Part shown: positions 48,776-58,624 of the stretch, piece by piece
How positions within the stretch are numbered: the first letter of the stretch is position 1
Layout of the letters: every line of letters begins with the position of its first letter
NCBI GenBank assembly: GCA_043803105.1
Contig: JAZDKJ010000012.1
Location: 96,001 to 160,000 of the forward strand
Origin: Candidatus Woesearchaeota archaeon
Lineage (GTDB): Archaea; Nanobdellota; Nanobdellia; Woesearchaeales; JAZDKJ01
Direction of reading: 5' to 3'
DNA: 64,000 nucleotides
The notes under the pieces: model-generated
Database searches by the model: none
Seen by the model: only the letters and a program-made list of their open reading frames with translations
Told to the model about the DNA's origin: nothing
Program-made: the position numbers and the translations under genes

Positions 48776-49747
48776 CTAAACCTCTGTTCCCTTGCCGCGA
48801 AATTCCTTGCGTTTTTGAGAATCCTCAAGTAAGGGTCTGACATACATGTTATAGGCATAAGGCACGCCGAAGTTCGCTGCGAAGTGCCAAAGCGATACAG
48901 TCTTGTATGTGTTCCTATGCTTGCCGGCAAAAATCTGTTCCTTGAGCGAATTGATTATCTGTTGGCCTGAGCTTGTGTCAACATGAGCCTCTATCCCTGC
49001 TCTGCCAATTGCGTCCAAGGCCTCTACGCTTCTGGCATGTATATCAGTTCCAGCCACGAGTGGCACATTGTAACCTGCATTCTGCAACTTCAAACTTAGC
49101 TTGTAGGCCTTGTCGTTGATGTCTCCATCAAGAAGCAGCTGTCTTAGCCAACCAATGCAATACCCATTCCACTCCAATGCTATTCTGTCCTTGTATTCTC
49201 GGCATATTTGGATTAGCTCTTTCTCCTTTTCCTTTGTAATTTCTCTTCCAAAGTTTTTTACATTAGCATATGAGTGGCTGATTTTAACCAGCGCATTGTC
49301 CTTCAGTGCTCTGTCGATTATTTCCCTAGAATCCTTCCTGAACAGTCCTCTATCTGACCCTATTATAAGGAGATGGAAATAATCACAACTCTGTACTTCA
49401 GTAGCTCGTAGTATAAAGAAATCCCTGCCGTCCTTTTCGATTCTTATTGCAATCCTATCAGAGTCTACCCTGTATTTTCTTATCTTCTTGGTCTGTTGCT
49501 GCAGTTTATTATAGATTCTCCCGTTTAGGCGTTCTAAAGCGATAATGTCAATATCATTCCTGTCCATCGCATCTACAACCTGCTCCAGACTGAAACCTTT
49601 GTAGTAAAGGTGACAATGGTCTTCCACAAGCTTTGAGCCAGGTCCTAAAATTCGTTTCTGAGGTCCTATCGTTTCTGGAATGCTTAAAAGTGTTAGACCT
49701 ACACCAGAGGCAATGGCTGCCTGCAAGAAGTTTCGCCTATTAATCAT
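48776..49747 (-). CDS. PHP-fold protein with twin-arginine signal peptide
   Basis: NRRNFL plus hydrophobic stretch; EDHCH, TE, FHLL, SH, GTDIH. Confidence 0.75.
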   Translation of the reverse strand: MINRRNFLQAAIASGVGLTLLSIPETIGPQKRILGPGSKLVEDHCHLYYKGFSLEQVVDAMDRNDIDIIALERLNGRIYNKLQQQTKKIRKYRVDSDRIAIRIEKDGRDFFILRATEVQSCDYFHLLIIGSDRGLFRKDSREIIDRALKDNALVKISHSYANVKNFGREITKEKEKELIQICREYKDRIALEWNGYCIGWLRQLLLDGDINDKAYKLSLKLQNAGYNVPLVAGTDIHARSVEALDAIGRAGIEAHVDTSSGQQIINSLKEQIFAGKHRNTYKTVSLWHFAANFGVPYAYNMYVRPLLEDSQKRKEFRGKGTEV

Positions 49748-49787
49748 ATGCTTAAGGAAGTCCAATTATGAAATATAAAGGTAACTG

Positions 49788-50684
49788 TTAGAACTGCACC
49801 TGGCTTTCAGCCATCTTTTCAAGCTTCTTAAACTCAAGGTCTACATGCTCCTGGACTTCTTTTATCTCATCTTGGCTCATATGCTTGAATCTTGCCTGCA
49901 TCTTTAGGAATTCCTCTACTGGTTTTTGTTGTGCTGGCTTTTTTGTGAACTTGAGGAATCCGTCCTCAATCTCGTAAAGCGGATTAATGTTTGTGTTGAA
50001 TGCAGTCTTAGCTACCTCAATTGTTGTATTCGAAGGAAATGCCCATCCTACCGGGCATGGAGTGTACACTTGTATGTAGGCAGGTCCTTTTTTTGCGAGG
50101 CCCTTCTGCACCTTTGCAATGAAGTCCTGCGGGAATGCTATGTTTGCAGTAGCCACATATACCCTGTGTGCCGCCATGATTATAGGCATGTTCTTGCTGT
50201 ATCCTTGGTTTCCGTGCACCTTGGCCCCTGCTGGTGTTGTTGTTGTGGCAGCATATTTGGGTGTTGCACCACTTCTTTGTATTCCTGTGTTCATATACGC
50301 GTTGTTGTCATAGCATATGTAGCAAAAGTCATGCCCCCTCTCTGCAGCGCCAGATAATGCCTGCAGCCCAATGTCAAAGGTGCCTCCGTCCCCTGCCAAA
50401 ACAAGCACATTGGTGTCCTTATTGTTCTTCTTGAGGCTTGTTTCTATTCCAGCCGCTACAGCTGCAGCATTCTCGAATGCCACATGTATCCACGGCACCC
50501 TCCAGCTTGTCTCCGGGTAAGGTGTGGACACTACTTCCATGCATCCTGTTGCATGAATCACTATGGTGTTTGCTCCTGCCGCTTTAAGTGCCATTCTGAC
50601 TGCTATTGCCGGCCCACATCCTGCACATGCCCGATGTCCTGGCGCGAAAAGCTCAATTGTTGGTATGTTGTTGATTATTTCCAT
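49788..50684 (-). CDS. porB: Pyruvate:ferredoxin oxidoreductase beta subunit
   Basis: GHRACAGCG, GDG, YMNTG.QRS, PCP.GW. Confidence 0.95.
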   Translation of the reverse strand: MEIINNIPTIELFAPGHRACAGCGPAIAVRMALKAAGANTIVIHATGCMEVVSTPYPETSWRVPWIHVAFENAAAVAAGIETSLKKNNKDTNVLVLAGDGGTFDIGLQALSGAAERGHDFCYICYDNNAYMNTGIQRSGATPKYAATTTTPAGAKVHGNQGYSKNMPIIMAAHRVYVATANIAFPQDFIAKVQKGLAKKGPAYIQVYTPCPVGWAFPSNTTIEVAKTAFNTNINPLYEIEDGFLKFTKKPAQQKPVEEFLKMQARFKHMSQDEIKEVQEHVDLEFKKLEKMAESQVQF

Positions 50685-50963
50685 CTATTTTTCTCCTACC
50701 AGCTTGAGCTTGCTCTCAAGTGTCCTTAACTTTGTTTTGTGTTCGTTTTTTAGCCTGTCGCTGATTAGGTTGTTGCCCCATGTGTCATGTCCTGACCCGT
50801 AAAAGTTCATTCTGATCATTGCCTTTTTCCCGCATTCGCAGTGTGTTACCTTGTAGAGTACTTCTCTGTGGTGCATGGTGTTCCATTGCCTTTGGTCCAT
50901 GCTCCTGCCGCAGTATAGGCATGTCTCTTTTTGGTGTTTCTCTCTTGCTAGGTGTTCTTTCAT
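50685..50963 (-). CDS. Small Zn-ribbon-like protein inside por operon
   Basis: CLYC...CECG...GSGHD.W; ATG overlaps porA stop. Confidence 0.75.
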   Translation of the reverse strand: MKEHLAREKHQKETCLYCGRSMDQRQWNTMHHREVLYKVTHCECGKKAMIRMNFYGSGHDTWGNNLISDRLKNEHKTKLRTLESKLKLVGEK

Positions 50964-52093
50964 TGCATCCACTGTGTTGTTCTCTGCTTCTCTAGCTGTC
51001 CTGCCAGTTTTTTTATGTCTTGGATAGTTATGTCCTTGCCTCCAAGGCCCATTACATATCCGTTGATGATTATTTTGGATTTCTGGAGTGTGCTTCTTAC
51101 GTCTGTTAGGAGTGCTCCCTCGAATCCAAGTGATATGTCTCTGTCGATGACTGCTATTGCGTTCATTTTTTTTGTTGCCTTGATTATTTCGTTCCGTGGG
51201 AACGGTCTATATGACTTGATCTTGATTAGTCCTATCTTTTTCCCTTTCTTTCTTAGCTCGTCAATCGCGACCTTGGCCGTTCCGCATGCTGTTCCCATTG
51301 CCACTATTGCCTGCTTTGCATCCTCGGTCCTGTAGGTTTCTATTAGCCCGTTGCCGTAGCTCCTGCCAAATCTTGTCTGAAACTCCGTGTTTGCTATGGA
51401 GATTATGCTGAGCGCTTCAGTCATTGCCTCCTGCTGTTGTTCCTTGAAATGCATAAAACTATCAGGGAACCCTATAGGTCCCATTGTGATTGGCTTTTTG
51501 GGGTCAAGAAAGTACCTGGGCTTGTACGTTGGCAGGAATCCGTCCACTTTCTGCTGTGCAGGTATGTCTACCGGTTCAAATACATGCGTTAGTGTGAATC
51601 CATCCAGGCAGATCATGACTGGTAGCAGGACTTTTTCTGCAATCTTATATGCCATTATTGTGCTGTCAAGTGCTTCCTGCCCGCTCTCAACATAAAGTTG
51701 TATCCACCCTGAATCCCTGCTTGATATGCTATCCTGCTGATCGTTCCAGATGTTTATTGGTGCTGAGAGTGTTCTGTTTGCTACAGCCATTACTATTGGC
51801 ATCCTCATTCCTGATGCTATGAAAAGGACCTCATGCATCAAGGCCAAGCCTTGTGATGCTGTTGCTGTGAATGTCCTTGAACCTGCTGCCTGTGCACCTA
51901 TACATGCGCTAATTGCTGAGTGTTCTGATTCTGTGTCTATCATGAGTGCGTCCATCTCGCCGTCGTTGATGTAGTCCGCGAGCCTTTCCACCATGTGTGT
52001 TTGTGGGGTTATAGGATACATTGGTATTACATCAGGCCTGCAAAGCTTCACTGCCTGTGCCACTGCCTCTGATGCCTCCAGTACCTTTCTCAT
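50960..52093 (-). CDS. porA: Pyruvate:ferredoxin oxidoreductase alpha subunit
   Basis: YPITPQT, ESEHSA, TATASQGL. Confidence 0.95.
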   Translation of the reverse strand: MRKVLEASEAVAQAVKLCRPDVIPMYPITPQTHMVERLADYINDGEMDALMIDTESEHSAISACIGAQAAGSRTFTATASQGLALMHEVLFIASGMRMPIVMAVANRTLSAPINIWNDQQDSISSRDSGWIQLYVESGQEALDSTIMAYKIAEKVLLPVMICLDGFTLTHVFEPVDIPAQQKVDGFLPTYKPRYFLDPKKPITMGPIGFPDSFMHFKEQQQEAMTEALSIISIANTEFQTRFGRSYGNGLIETYRTEDAKQAIVAMGTACGTAKVAIDELRKKGKKIGLIKIKSYRPFPRNEIIKATKKMNAIAVIDRDISLGFEGALLTDVRSTLQKSKIIINGYVMGLGGKDITIQDIKKLAGQLEKQRTTQWMQ

Positions 52094-52392
52094 TTGACCT
52101 CTCCTTTTAGCCAGCTCTCGCAAGCGCTGTTTGCCGATGTTCTTATCATTTCTATGCATGGTGTTCCATAGGAATGGATTTTCTCGACTTCATATGATAC
52201 CTTGCTGAATTTTTTTTCGATGGTCTTCGCGAATAATGCATATTCTGTCTTGCTTTCTATCTTTCCTTTCCAGGTATACATCGAGCTTATGGGAAAAAAG
52301 TTTGCGCACGCTATTAGTTTCTTCCTAAGAAGCCACCTGCTTATTTTTTTTGCTTCTGTTTTGTTCTTGCACGTGATATATACCATTATCAT
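52090..52392 (-). CDS. cutA: Divalent-cation tolerance protein CutA
   Basis: VYIT, LIACAN, S.Y.WKG, HSY..PCI. Confidence 0.88.
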   Translation of the reverse strand: MIMVYITCKNKTEAKKISRWLLRKKLIACANFFPISSMYTWKGKIESKTEYALFAKTIEKKFSKVSYEVEKIHSYGTPCIEMIRTSANSACESWLKGEVK

Positions 52393-52640
52393 TTTTCCTC
52401 TTTGACCATTGTGATTGCCTTCACTGGGCATTCTGTTGAGCAAATTCCGCATCCCTTGCAATAGTCATAATTTACCTCAATGTTCTCGCTTATCGCATTT
52501 TCAGGGCAGAACTGCCAGCATATGTGGCATTTGGTGCATTTTGACATATCCCAGACAGGCCTCATCGTTCTCCATCCGCCAGTCTTTGTTTTGGCAGTGC
52601 TTCCAGGCTCTGTTATTATTGCTCCAGTGTTGTATTTCAT
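52389..52640 (-). CDS. porD: Pyruvate:ferredoxin oxidoreductase delta subunit
   Basis: TGGWR..RP, two CxxCxxCxxxCP motifs. Confidence 0.94.
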   Translation of the reverse strand: MKYNTGAIITEPGSTAKTKTGGWRTMRPVWDMSKCTKCHICWQFCPENAISENIEVNYDYCKGCGICSTECPVKAITMVKEEK

Positions 52641-53185
52641 TTTGACCTGTTGCATACTGCCCTTATTGCCTTCTTGTTTAATTCCGCAAGCTCTGCTCCT
52701 TTTTTCCTCAATATGGTTTCGTCGATTGCTTTTTCGAGGCTTCCGAGGCTGACAGCCTTTGTGATTGCAGCGAATGCTCCTAGCATTGCAGTGTTCACTA
52801 TTGGCTTCTTGAATATCTCCATGGCACAGCTTGTCGCATCGACTGCGTGCACCTCAAATTCGCCCTTTATCTTCAGCTCTTTTGGGCTCCTGTTGCTGTT
52901 CACAATTAATATTCCGTCCCTCTTCAGGCCGTCTGTGACATTGACGCATTCAACCAATGATGCGTCAAGCACAAGCACAACGTCAGGGTTGTATATTTGG
53001 CTTCTCAGGTTGATATGCTCATCCGAGATTCTTGCGAACGCCTGCACAGGCGCCCCTGTTCTCTCCACTCCAAACATTGGGAAAGTCTGGCTTTCCTTAC
53101 CGTCGTAGAAAGCTGCTATTGCAAGAATTTGTCCTGTCGTCACTGCGCCTTGGCCACCTCTGCCATGGATTCTTATCTCAATCAT
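52637..53185 (-). CDS. porC: Pyruvate:ferredoxin oxidoreductase gamma subunit
   Basis: HGRGGQG, FG.ER.GAP, NTAMLGA. Confidence 0.95.
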   Translation of the reverse strand: MIEIRIHGRGGQGAVTTGQILAIAAFYDGKESQTFPMFGVERTGAPVQAFARISDEHINLRSQIYNPDVVLVLDASLVECVNVTDGLKRDGILIVNSNRSPKELKIKGEFEVHAVDATSCAMEIFKKPIVNTAMLGAFAAITKAVSLGSLEKAIDETILRKKGAELAELNKKAIRAVCNRSK

Positions 53186-53396
53186 CAAGAATCAATAAAA
53201 AACGGGCTTTTAAAAAGCTTTCTGTGGTAGTTAAACAATTGCAGAGTGGTATCAAACGCGTTTTTGTCATCATTAGCCTGTTGCCCTCCTCAGCCTTTGG
53301 ATTATAAGCAATGTCAAAAGCGGTACACCAATGGCACAAGGAATGCACTAGTTCCAAAAGCGAAATTTTTTAAGTAGGCTCCTCTTTTTCTTCGTC

Positions 53397-54260
53397 ATGT
53401 CATATTACTTGTTTGCAAACATATTGGGCAATCATGTATTCGATGAGTCCGTAAATCTGGTTGCCTCAGGAGACACTGCAAGATACAATTGCCTGCTACC
53501 TAGTCTAGAGATGCAAAAGAAGTTCCTTGCACATTTCAAGAATCCTGTTTTTTTCCCTGTATTCCATGAAAAGAATATGCTACTGACAAGGCAAGCACTG
53601 AAAGATGCTGTCGGTCCAGACTCATTCATTATTCAGGCAACAAGTGCAATTGAAGAGCTTGACAAGCATGCCAACGGCCTTGTCAAAAGGCTTCGTGAAT
53701 GGTACGAACTTTACAACCCTGAGCTGTCGCGCGAGATTCCTGACAATCTTGCATTTGTTCAGCAGGTCTGTCTAAGCCCGCCAAAGCCTAAAGACTCTGC
53801 AGGTGCAGACTTAACCGACAAAGATCTTTCTCCCATTGTTGACCTTGCCAAATCTTGCCAAGAGCTATTTACACTTCGCCAAAGCTATGAAGCTTATCTT
53901 GAATCCATCCTAAAAAATTCTGCTCCGAACCTTCTTTCAATCACTGGCGCGCTTATCGGTGCAAAGTTGATCTGCCGGGCTGGTTCGCTAAAGCATCTCT
54001 CAGAGATTCCTGCTTCCACAGTACAACTGCTTGGGGCAGAGAAAGCCCTATTTCGCCATATGAGGACTGGTGCAAGGCCTCCAAAGTATGGTATACTCTA
54101 CCAGCACCAGCTTATTCAACGCGCAGGCAAGCAGATGCAGGGCAAGGCAGCACGGCTTTTAGCAGATAAGATTTCGATTGCAGCAAAGGTTGATTACTTC
54201 AAAGGCGAGTTTGTTGGGGACAAGCTCTTCAAAGACATCGAGAAAAAGATGAAAAAATGA
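53397..54260 (+). CDS. nop5: C/D box sRNP protein Nop5 (Nop56/58), short N-terminus
   Basis: RLREWY...PEL, PASTVQLLGAEKALF, PPKYG. Confidence 0.92.
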   Translation: MSYYLFANILGNHVFDESVNLVASGDTARYNCLLPSLEMQKKFLAHFKNPVFFPVFHEKNMLLTRQALKDAVGPDSFIIQATSAIEELDKHANGLVKRLREWYELYNPELSREIPDNLAFVQQVCLSPPKPKDSAGADLTDKDLSPIVDLAKSCQELFTLRQSYEAYLESILKNSAPNLLSITGALIGAKLICRAGSLKHLSEIPASTVQLLGAEKALFRHMRTGARPPKYGILYQHQLIQRAGKQMQGKAARLLADKISIAAKVDYFKGEFVGDKLFKDIEKKMKK

Positions 54261-54922
54261 TCACTCAATCAAAAATCTTTGAGGTTTTTGAGGACAAGAA
54301 ATTAAGGAGGCTTTATACAAAGAACCTTGTTCCTGGTTCCACTGTCTATGCCGAAAGGCTTGTTGTCAAGGATACTGTTGAATACAGGGAATGGGATCCT
54401 GCCAGAAGCAAGCTTGCAGCCACAATCTTAAAGGGTAGCCTGAACATCAGCTTAAGGAAAGATGATGTTGTGCTTTATCTGGGCGCTGCCTCCGGTACTA
54501 CAGTATCCCACGTCTCTGACATTGTCGGCACGAAAGGCTTTGTCTTTGCCATAGATTTTGCTCCCAGGGTTGTCCGGGACCTTTATTTTTTGTGCATGAA
54601 AAGGAACAATATTGCTCCTATTCTTGCAGATGCAAACAATCCAGAGTCTTACCTTGCCCGGGTATGCCAGGTTGATGTCCTCTACCAAGACATTGCCCAG
54701 AAGAACCAGCTAGAAATTTTCTTTAAGAACGTTGACCTCTTCCTTAAGCCCGGGGGTTATGCTCTTTTGGCTCTGAAAGCAAGGAGTATTGACGTTACAA
54801 AGAAGCCCAAGGATATCTTCTCAGAAGTCAAGGCTAGACTCTCCAAGAGCCTTACCGTCATTGATTATCGAGAGCTTGCTCCTTTTCAATTGGATCATTG
54901 CTTCTTTATCTGCAAGAAGTAG
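54257..54922 (+). CDS. flpA: Fibrillarin-like 2'-O-methyltransferase
   Basis: YREWDP.RSKL, LYLGAASGTT.SH, QDIAQ. Confidence 0.95.
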   Translation: MITQSKIFEVFEDKKLRRLYTKNLVPGSTVYAERLVVKDTVEYREWDPARSKLAATILKGSLNISLRKDDVVLYLGAASGTTVSHVSDIVGTKGFVFAIDFAPRVVRDLYFLCMKRNNIAPILADANNPESYLARVCQVDVLYQDIAQKNQLEIFFKNVDLFLKPGGYALLALKARSIDVTKKPKDIFSEVKARLSKSLTVIDYRELAPFQLDHCFFICKK

Positions 54923-56446
54923 CTACTTTTTGCCAAATTTTGCTATGCTATTGATTAGTTGTCTCGCCCTGTCTGTATCCAATGGAAGGTTCTGATTCAG
55001 CCTTTCAAGCAAGTAAGGTCTCTTCTTGTACAGAGAAACAACAAGCCTTCCTGCCCAGTCTTTGCCATGAAAATGTTCGAGTGTTTGGTAATAGTCTGGC
55101 ATCATCTCTTGTGGTGTCCATCCCCCTTGTGCTAATCTAACCTCTGATAGCGTGTAACAGCATCGCTTGTGGTCATAAGTGATTTTTGGCTCGTAGAGTT
55201 CCTGATATGGATTTTTGCTCTCTACAGGTTTGTGATCTCTTCTTTCATTAGCAAATATGTCTGGCTTGTACTTTGGCAGAGTCTGTCTCTCAAGTGCCAG
55301 CGGAGGTAGCCCATTAAAAGCAAGGATCCTCATTGAATGCCCTGGGTCGCCTTTGTCGACATAATCCATTGCAACTACTTCATTTTCTGTCCCTTCTTTT
55401 TCATATGCCAGGGCCTTGAATTCATATTGTCTTGAAAGGCTGTCCCGCAGGTCACTAAACCAATGTCTAAATGGGCTCCAAAGTTGGTTTGTTGCGTCCC
55501 ATATCCACTCTCTCTGCACTACCTCAAAACCTGCTTTCCCTGAGTTTATTAGGCTCTTGGTGATTGGGTCATATATCACTTCAAGTCGTTTTACCTTCTT
55601 GTTTATTGTTGCCTTATTTTGGCCTTGTTGCGAGAAGTAAGCCAGAACCGCGCTTACCATTAGGTTAGAGAGTCTTGGTTGTTGACCTTTCCTTATCACT
55701 TTGTAGTCTGCACTGGTTGCCTGAGCCTCTAACGGGTGGAATGGAAGCCATATTCTTACCCCTCGTCTTGACATAACCTCTTCAAGGTTCTTGACATTTT
55801 GAGGTGAATACCTTGCGTAATAAAGCAATGACGCAATGTCAGGGTCTACGTAGCCTGCGTGTGAATAACCAAACTTCTCTTGGATGCTCTTGAACTCTTT
55901 GCAGTCACAGCCCACATCAGATAGTCTTTCCTTGCTTGTCTCAAAAGGTCCTGCAATATGCACTTCATGGAATTTGCCTCTTATCCCGTGTGAGGAATCT
56001 CTGCCAATTGCCCTGCCCTTTGCTCTTACAGAACCACTTAGCCAGATCTCGCCCTGATAAGGCACTTGAACTTTGTGAAAGACTTTGTCCCCGCCCTCTC
56101 TCCAAAGATTCTTGTTGCCATATCTTCTCGAGATCCAGTAAATGACCTGTGCCTCTAATTGCTCAGGCTTAAGGCTCGATAGCTTCACCTTTTGTCCTTC
56201 TGATTCTACATAGACATCATGGAAAATTGGTGAGAATACTTTTTCCTCTTTCTCAAACCTTAGCCACTCTTCCAGATTTTCTCTTCGTACAGCTGTTCTT
56301 GATGCCCTCCATCTCCCCAAAAAGAAAGAGAAAGGGTCAACAAGCGTTTTGTTTTCTCCATTGTACAGCGCAAGAACTACATTTATTGCCCTAAATGGTA
56401 CGTATTTATCATTTCTTTCAAGCCCCTGCATATACTGGGAATACAT
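54923..56446 (-). CDS. Hypothetical protein (507 aa) with degenerate SWIM-like motif
   Basis: Long ORF filling the gap; GCDCKEF...DPDIASLL. Confidence 0.75.
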   Translation of the reverse strand: MYSQYMQGLERNDKYVPFRAINVVLALYNGENKTLVDPFSFFLGRWRASRTAVRRENLEEWLRFEKEEKVFSPIFHDVYVESEGQKVKLSSLKPEQLEAQVIYWISRRYGNKNLWREGGDKVFHKVQVPYQGEIWLSGSVRAKGRAIGRDSSHGIRGKFHEVHIAGPFETSKERLSDVGCDCKEFKSIQEKFGYSHAGYVDPDIASLLYYARYSPQNVKNLEEVMSRRGVRIWLPFHPLEAQATSADYKVIRKGQQPRLSNLMVSAVLAYFSQQGQNKATINKKVKRLEVIYDPITKSLINSGKAGFEVVQREWIWDATNQLWSPFRHWFSDLRDSLSRQYEFKALAYEKEGTENEVVAMDYVDKGDPGHSMRILAFNGLPPLALERQTLPKYKPDIFANERRDHKPVESKNPYQELYEPKITYDHKRCCYTLSEVRLAQGGWTPQEMMPDYYQTLEHFHGKDWAGRLVVSLYKKRPYLLERLNQNLPLDTDRARQLINSIAKFGKK

Positions 56447-56562
56447 TTTCAGGTCTTAAAGCTTTTCCTCTTGCCTTGTGCAAACCTTTAAAAATCAACA
56501 GCAAATTAATCCTCTGTGTCTGGCCGCGTATTTGTTGCTAAGTTTCCTTCATCGGTGTTTTC

Positions 56563-57153
56563 ATGTTTGACACGATAAAAACAGCATACAAGAAAGATCC
56601 TGCCTTAACGAAAGGCATTACAGCCCTAGAGGTTATTCTCTATCAAGGTGTTCATGCAATCTGGATGCATCGTCTTGCTCATGCGCTTTACAGGCTAAGA
56701 ATTCCTTTTATTCCAAGGTTGATTTCTCAGATTAACAGGTTCATCACAGGCATTGAGATTCATCCCGGGGCAAGGATAGGCAAGCGTTTCTTTATTGATC
56801 ACGGCATGGGTATTGTCATTGGCGAGACCACAGAGATTCGAGATGATGTTATGATGTATCATGGTGTAACACTTGGCGGCCATGGTTGGTGGACTGACAA
56901 GAAAGGCGCAAAAAGGCATCCGACGATTAATAGTAATGTGACTCTTGGGGTTGGCTGCAAGGTTCTTGGCCCAATTACTGTGGGAGAAAACTCAAAGATT
57001 GGCGCTGATGCAATTGTTTTAGACGATGTTCCTCCAAATTCCACTGTTGTCTCAGAGGTTGGCAAGTATATAGTTAGGGATGGTGTGAAGATGAGGAAGA
57101 TAGAGCCAGTGACTGTTCCAGAGGATGAATGGTTCAAGAAGGCAAAACAATAA
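56563..57153 (+). CDS. cysE: Serine O-acetyltransferase
   Basis: [31 protein letters not shown]. Confidence 0.93.
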   Translation: MFDTIKTAYKKDPALTKGITALEVILYQGVHAIWMHRLAHALYRLRIPFIPRLISQINRFITGIEIHPGARIGKRFFIDHGMGIVIGETTEIRDDVMMYHGVTLGGHGWWTDKKGAKRHPTINSNVTLGVGCKVLGPITVGENSKIGADAIVLDDVPPNSTVVSEVGKYIVRDGVKMRKIEPVTVPEDEWFKKAKQ

Positions 57154-57179
57154 AAACAGCTGCCACTTAACCTGATAAA

Positions 57180-58544
57180 ATGGAACTCAGATTACACAAC
57201 ACCCTTGGAAACAAGATAGAACCATTTGTGCCAATTAAAAAGGGTATTGTTAGCATGTATTCATGCGGACCAACCGTTTATTGGTACCAGCATATCGGAA
57301 ACCTTAGGTCCTACATTTTCTCAGATATTCTCAGAAGGGTGCTGTTGTACAACGGTTTCAATGTTTTACATGTCATGAACATAACAGACGTTGGTCATCT
57401 CACCTCTGACGCTGATGAGGGTGAAGACAAGATTGAGAAGGCCGCCCAAAAGGAAGGCAAGAAGGCAGAAGAGATAGCGCAACATTATTGGACAGTCTTT
57501 AAGGATGATTGCAGCAAACTCAATATTATCGAGCCTAGCGTCTGGTGCAAGGCAACCCAGCACATCAAGGAGCAGATTGCCTTGATTCAAAAACTGGAGG
57601 CAAAAGGCTACACCTACAGGACTGATGACGGGATTTATTTTGACACTTCAAAATTCAAGGACTATGGTAAGTTAGCCAGGTTAAAAATTGAAGGTCTTGA
57701 AGCTGGCAAAAGGGTTGATTTGAAGGACAAGAAAAACATCACAGATTTTGCGCTATGGAAATTTTCCGAAGAGCCTGGCAAAAGGCAGCAGGAGTGGCCC
57801 AGCCCTTGGGGGATTGGTTTTCCTGGCTGGCACATTGAGTGTTCTGCAATGTCCATGAGGTATTTGGGTGAGACGTTTGACATCCATACCGGCGGCATTG
57901 ACCATATTCCTGTTCATCATACGAATGAGATTGCCCAGTCTGAGGCTGCAACCGGAAAAAAGTTTGTTAATTATTGGTTGCATGGTGCTTTCCTGACTTT
58001 CAAGGGTGAAAAGGTAAGCAAGAGCAAGGGTGGCCTTTATACAATATCAGAGCTTGAAGCCTTGGGCTTCCAGCCACTTGATTACAGGTATTTCGCTTTC
58101 ACAGCCCATTATCGGATGCCTCTTGAATTCTCTATTGAAAACCTTCAAAATGCAAAAAATTCCTATACAAGGTTGAAGAATATAGTCGCTGAATTGACTG
58201 ATGATAAGGAACTGAACAGGGAATACCTCAGCGAATTTGAAAAAGAGATAAATGAAGACCTCAACATGCCCAATGCTATGGCTGTATTATGGAGACTATT
58301 AAGGGATCCAGACGCAAAAGGCAAACTCAATGCTGTAAGAGAAATGGATAAGGTTTTTGGCCTTGACTTGCTGAGAAAAGAAGAAGTGACCATGCCCGAT
58401 GATGTTAAGGATTTGGTGGAACAGCGGGAAAAGGTAAGGAAAAATAAGGACTTTGCAGCTGCTGACAGGATTCGTGAAGAAATTAAGAAAAAAGGATTTC
58501 TGCTTGATGATACAAAGGATGGTGTCAGGTTAAAGAAGATTTGA
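57180..58544 (+). CDS. cysS: Cysteinyl-tRNA synthetase
   Basis: [29 protein letters not shown]. Confidence 0.96.
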   Translation: MELRLHNTLGNKIEPFVPIKKGIVSMYSCGPTVYWYQHIGNLRSYIFSDILRRVLLYNGFNVLHVMNITDVGHLTSDADEGEDKIEKAAQKEGKKAEEIAQHYWTVFKDDCSKLNIIEPSVWCKATQHIKEQIALIQKLEAKGYTYRTDDGIYFDTSKFKDYGKLARLKIEGLEAGKRVDLKDKKNITDFALWKFSEEPGKRQQEWPSPWGIGFPGWHIECSAMSMRYLGETFDIHTGGIDHIPVHHTNEIAQSEAATGKKFVNYWLHGAFLTFKGEKVSKSKGGLYTISELEALGFQPLDYRYFAFTAHYRMPLEFSIENLQNAKNSYTRLKNIVAELTDDKELNREYLSEFEKEINEDLNMPNAMAVLWRLLRDPDAKGKLNAVREMDKVFGLDLLRKEEVTMPDDVKDLVEQREKVRKNKDFAAADRIREEIKKKGFLLDDTKDGVRLKKI

Positions 58545-58624
58545 ATCACATAGCCAACTGCCGGGACATTACTTTGCATTAAATCAGCGCAGGAAAGATT
58601 CCTATAAAACTTATAAGGCTTTAG

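Noticed and set aside
52094-52159. Longer porA start given in ORF track
   Set aside because: Lies inside cutA; ATG 52093 has an SD and overlaps the cutA stop
53210-53360. C/D box sRNA (ATGATGA and CTGA on minus strand) or short Cys-containing ORF beside nop5
   Set aside because: Box order and spacing do not fit C-D'-C'-D; the ORF lacks a well-placed promoter or SD
56495-56562. T-box leader before cysE
   Set aside because: Far too short and lacks the T-box consensus
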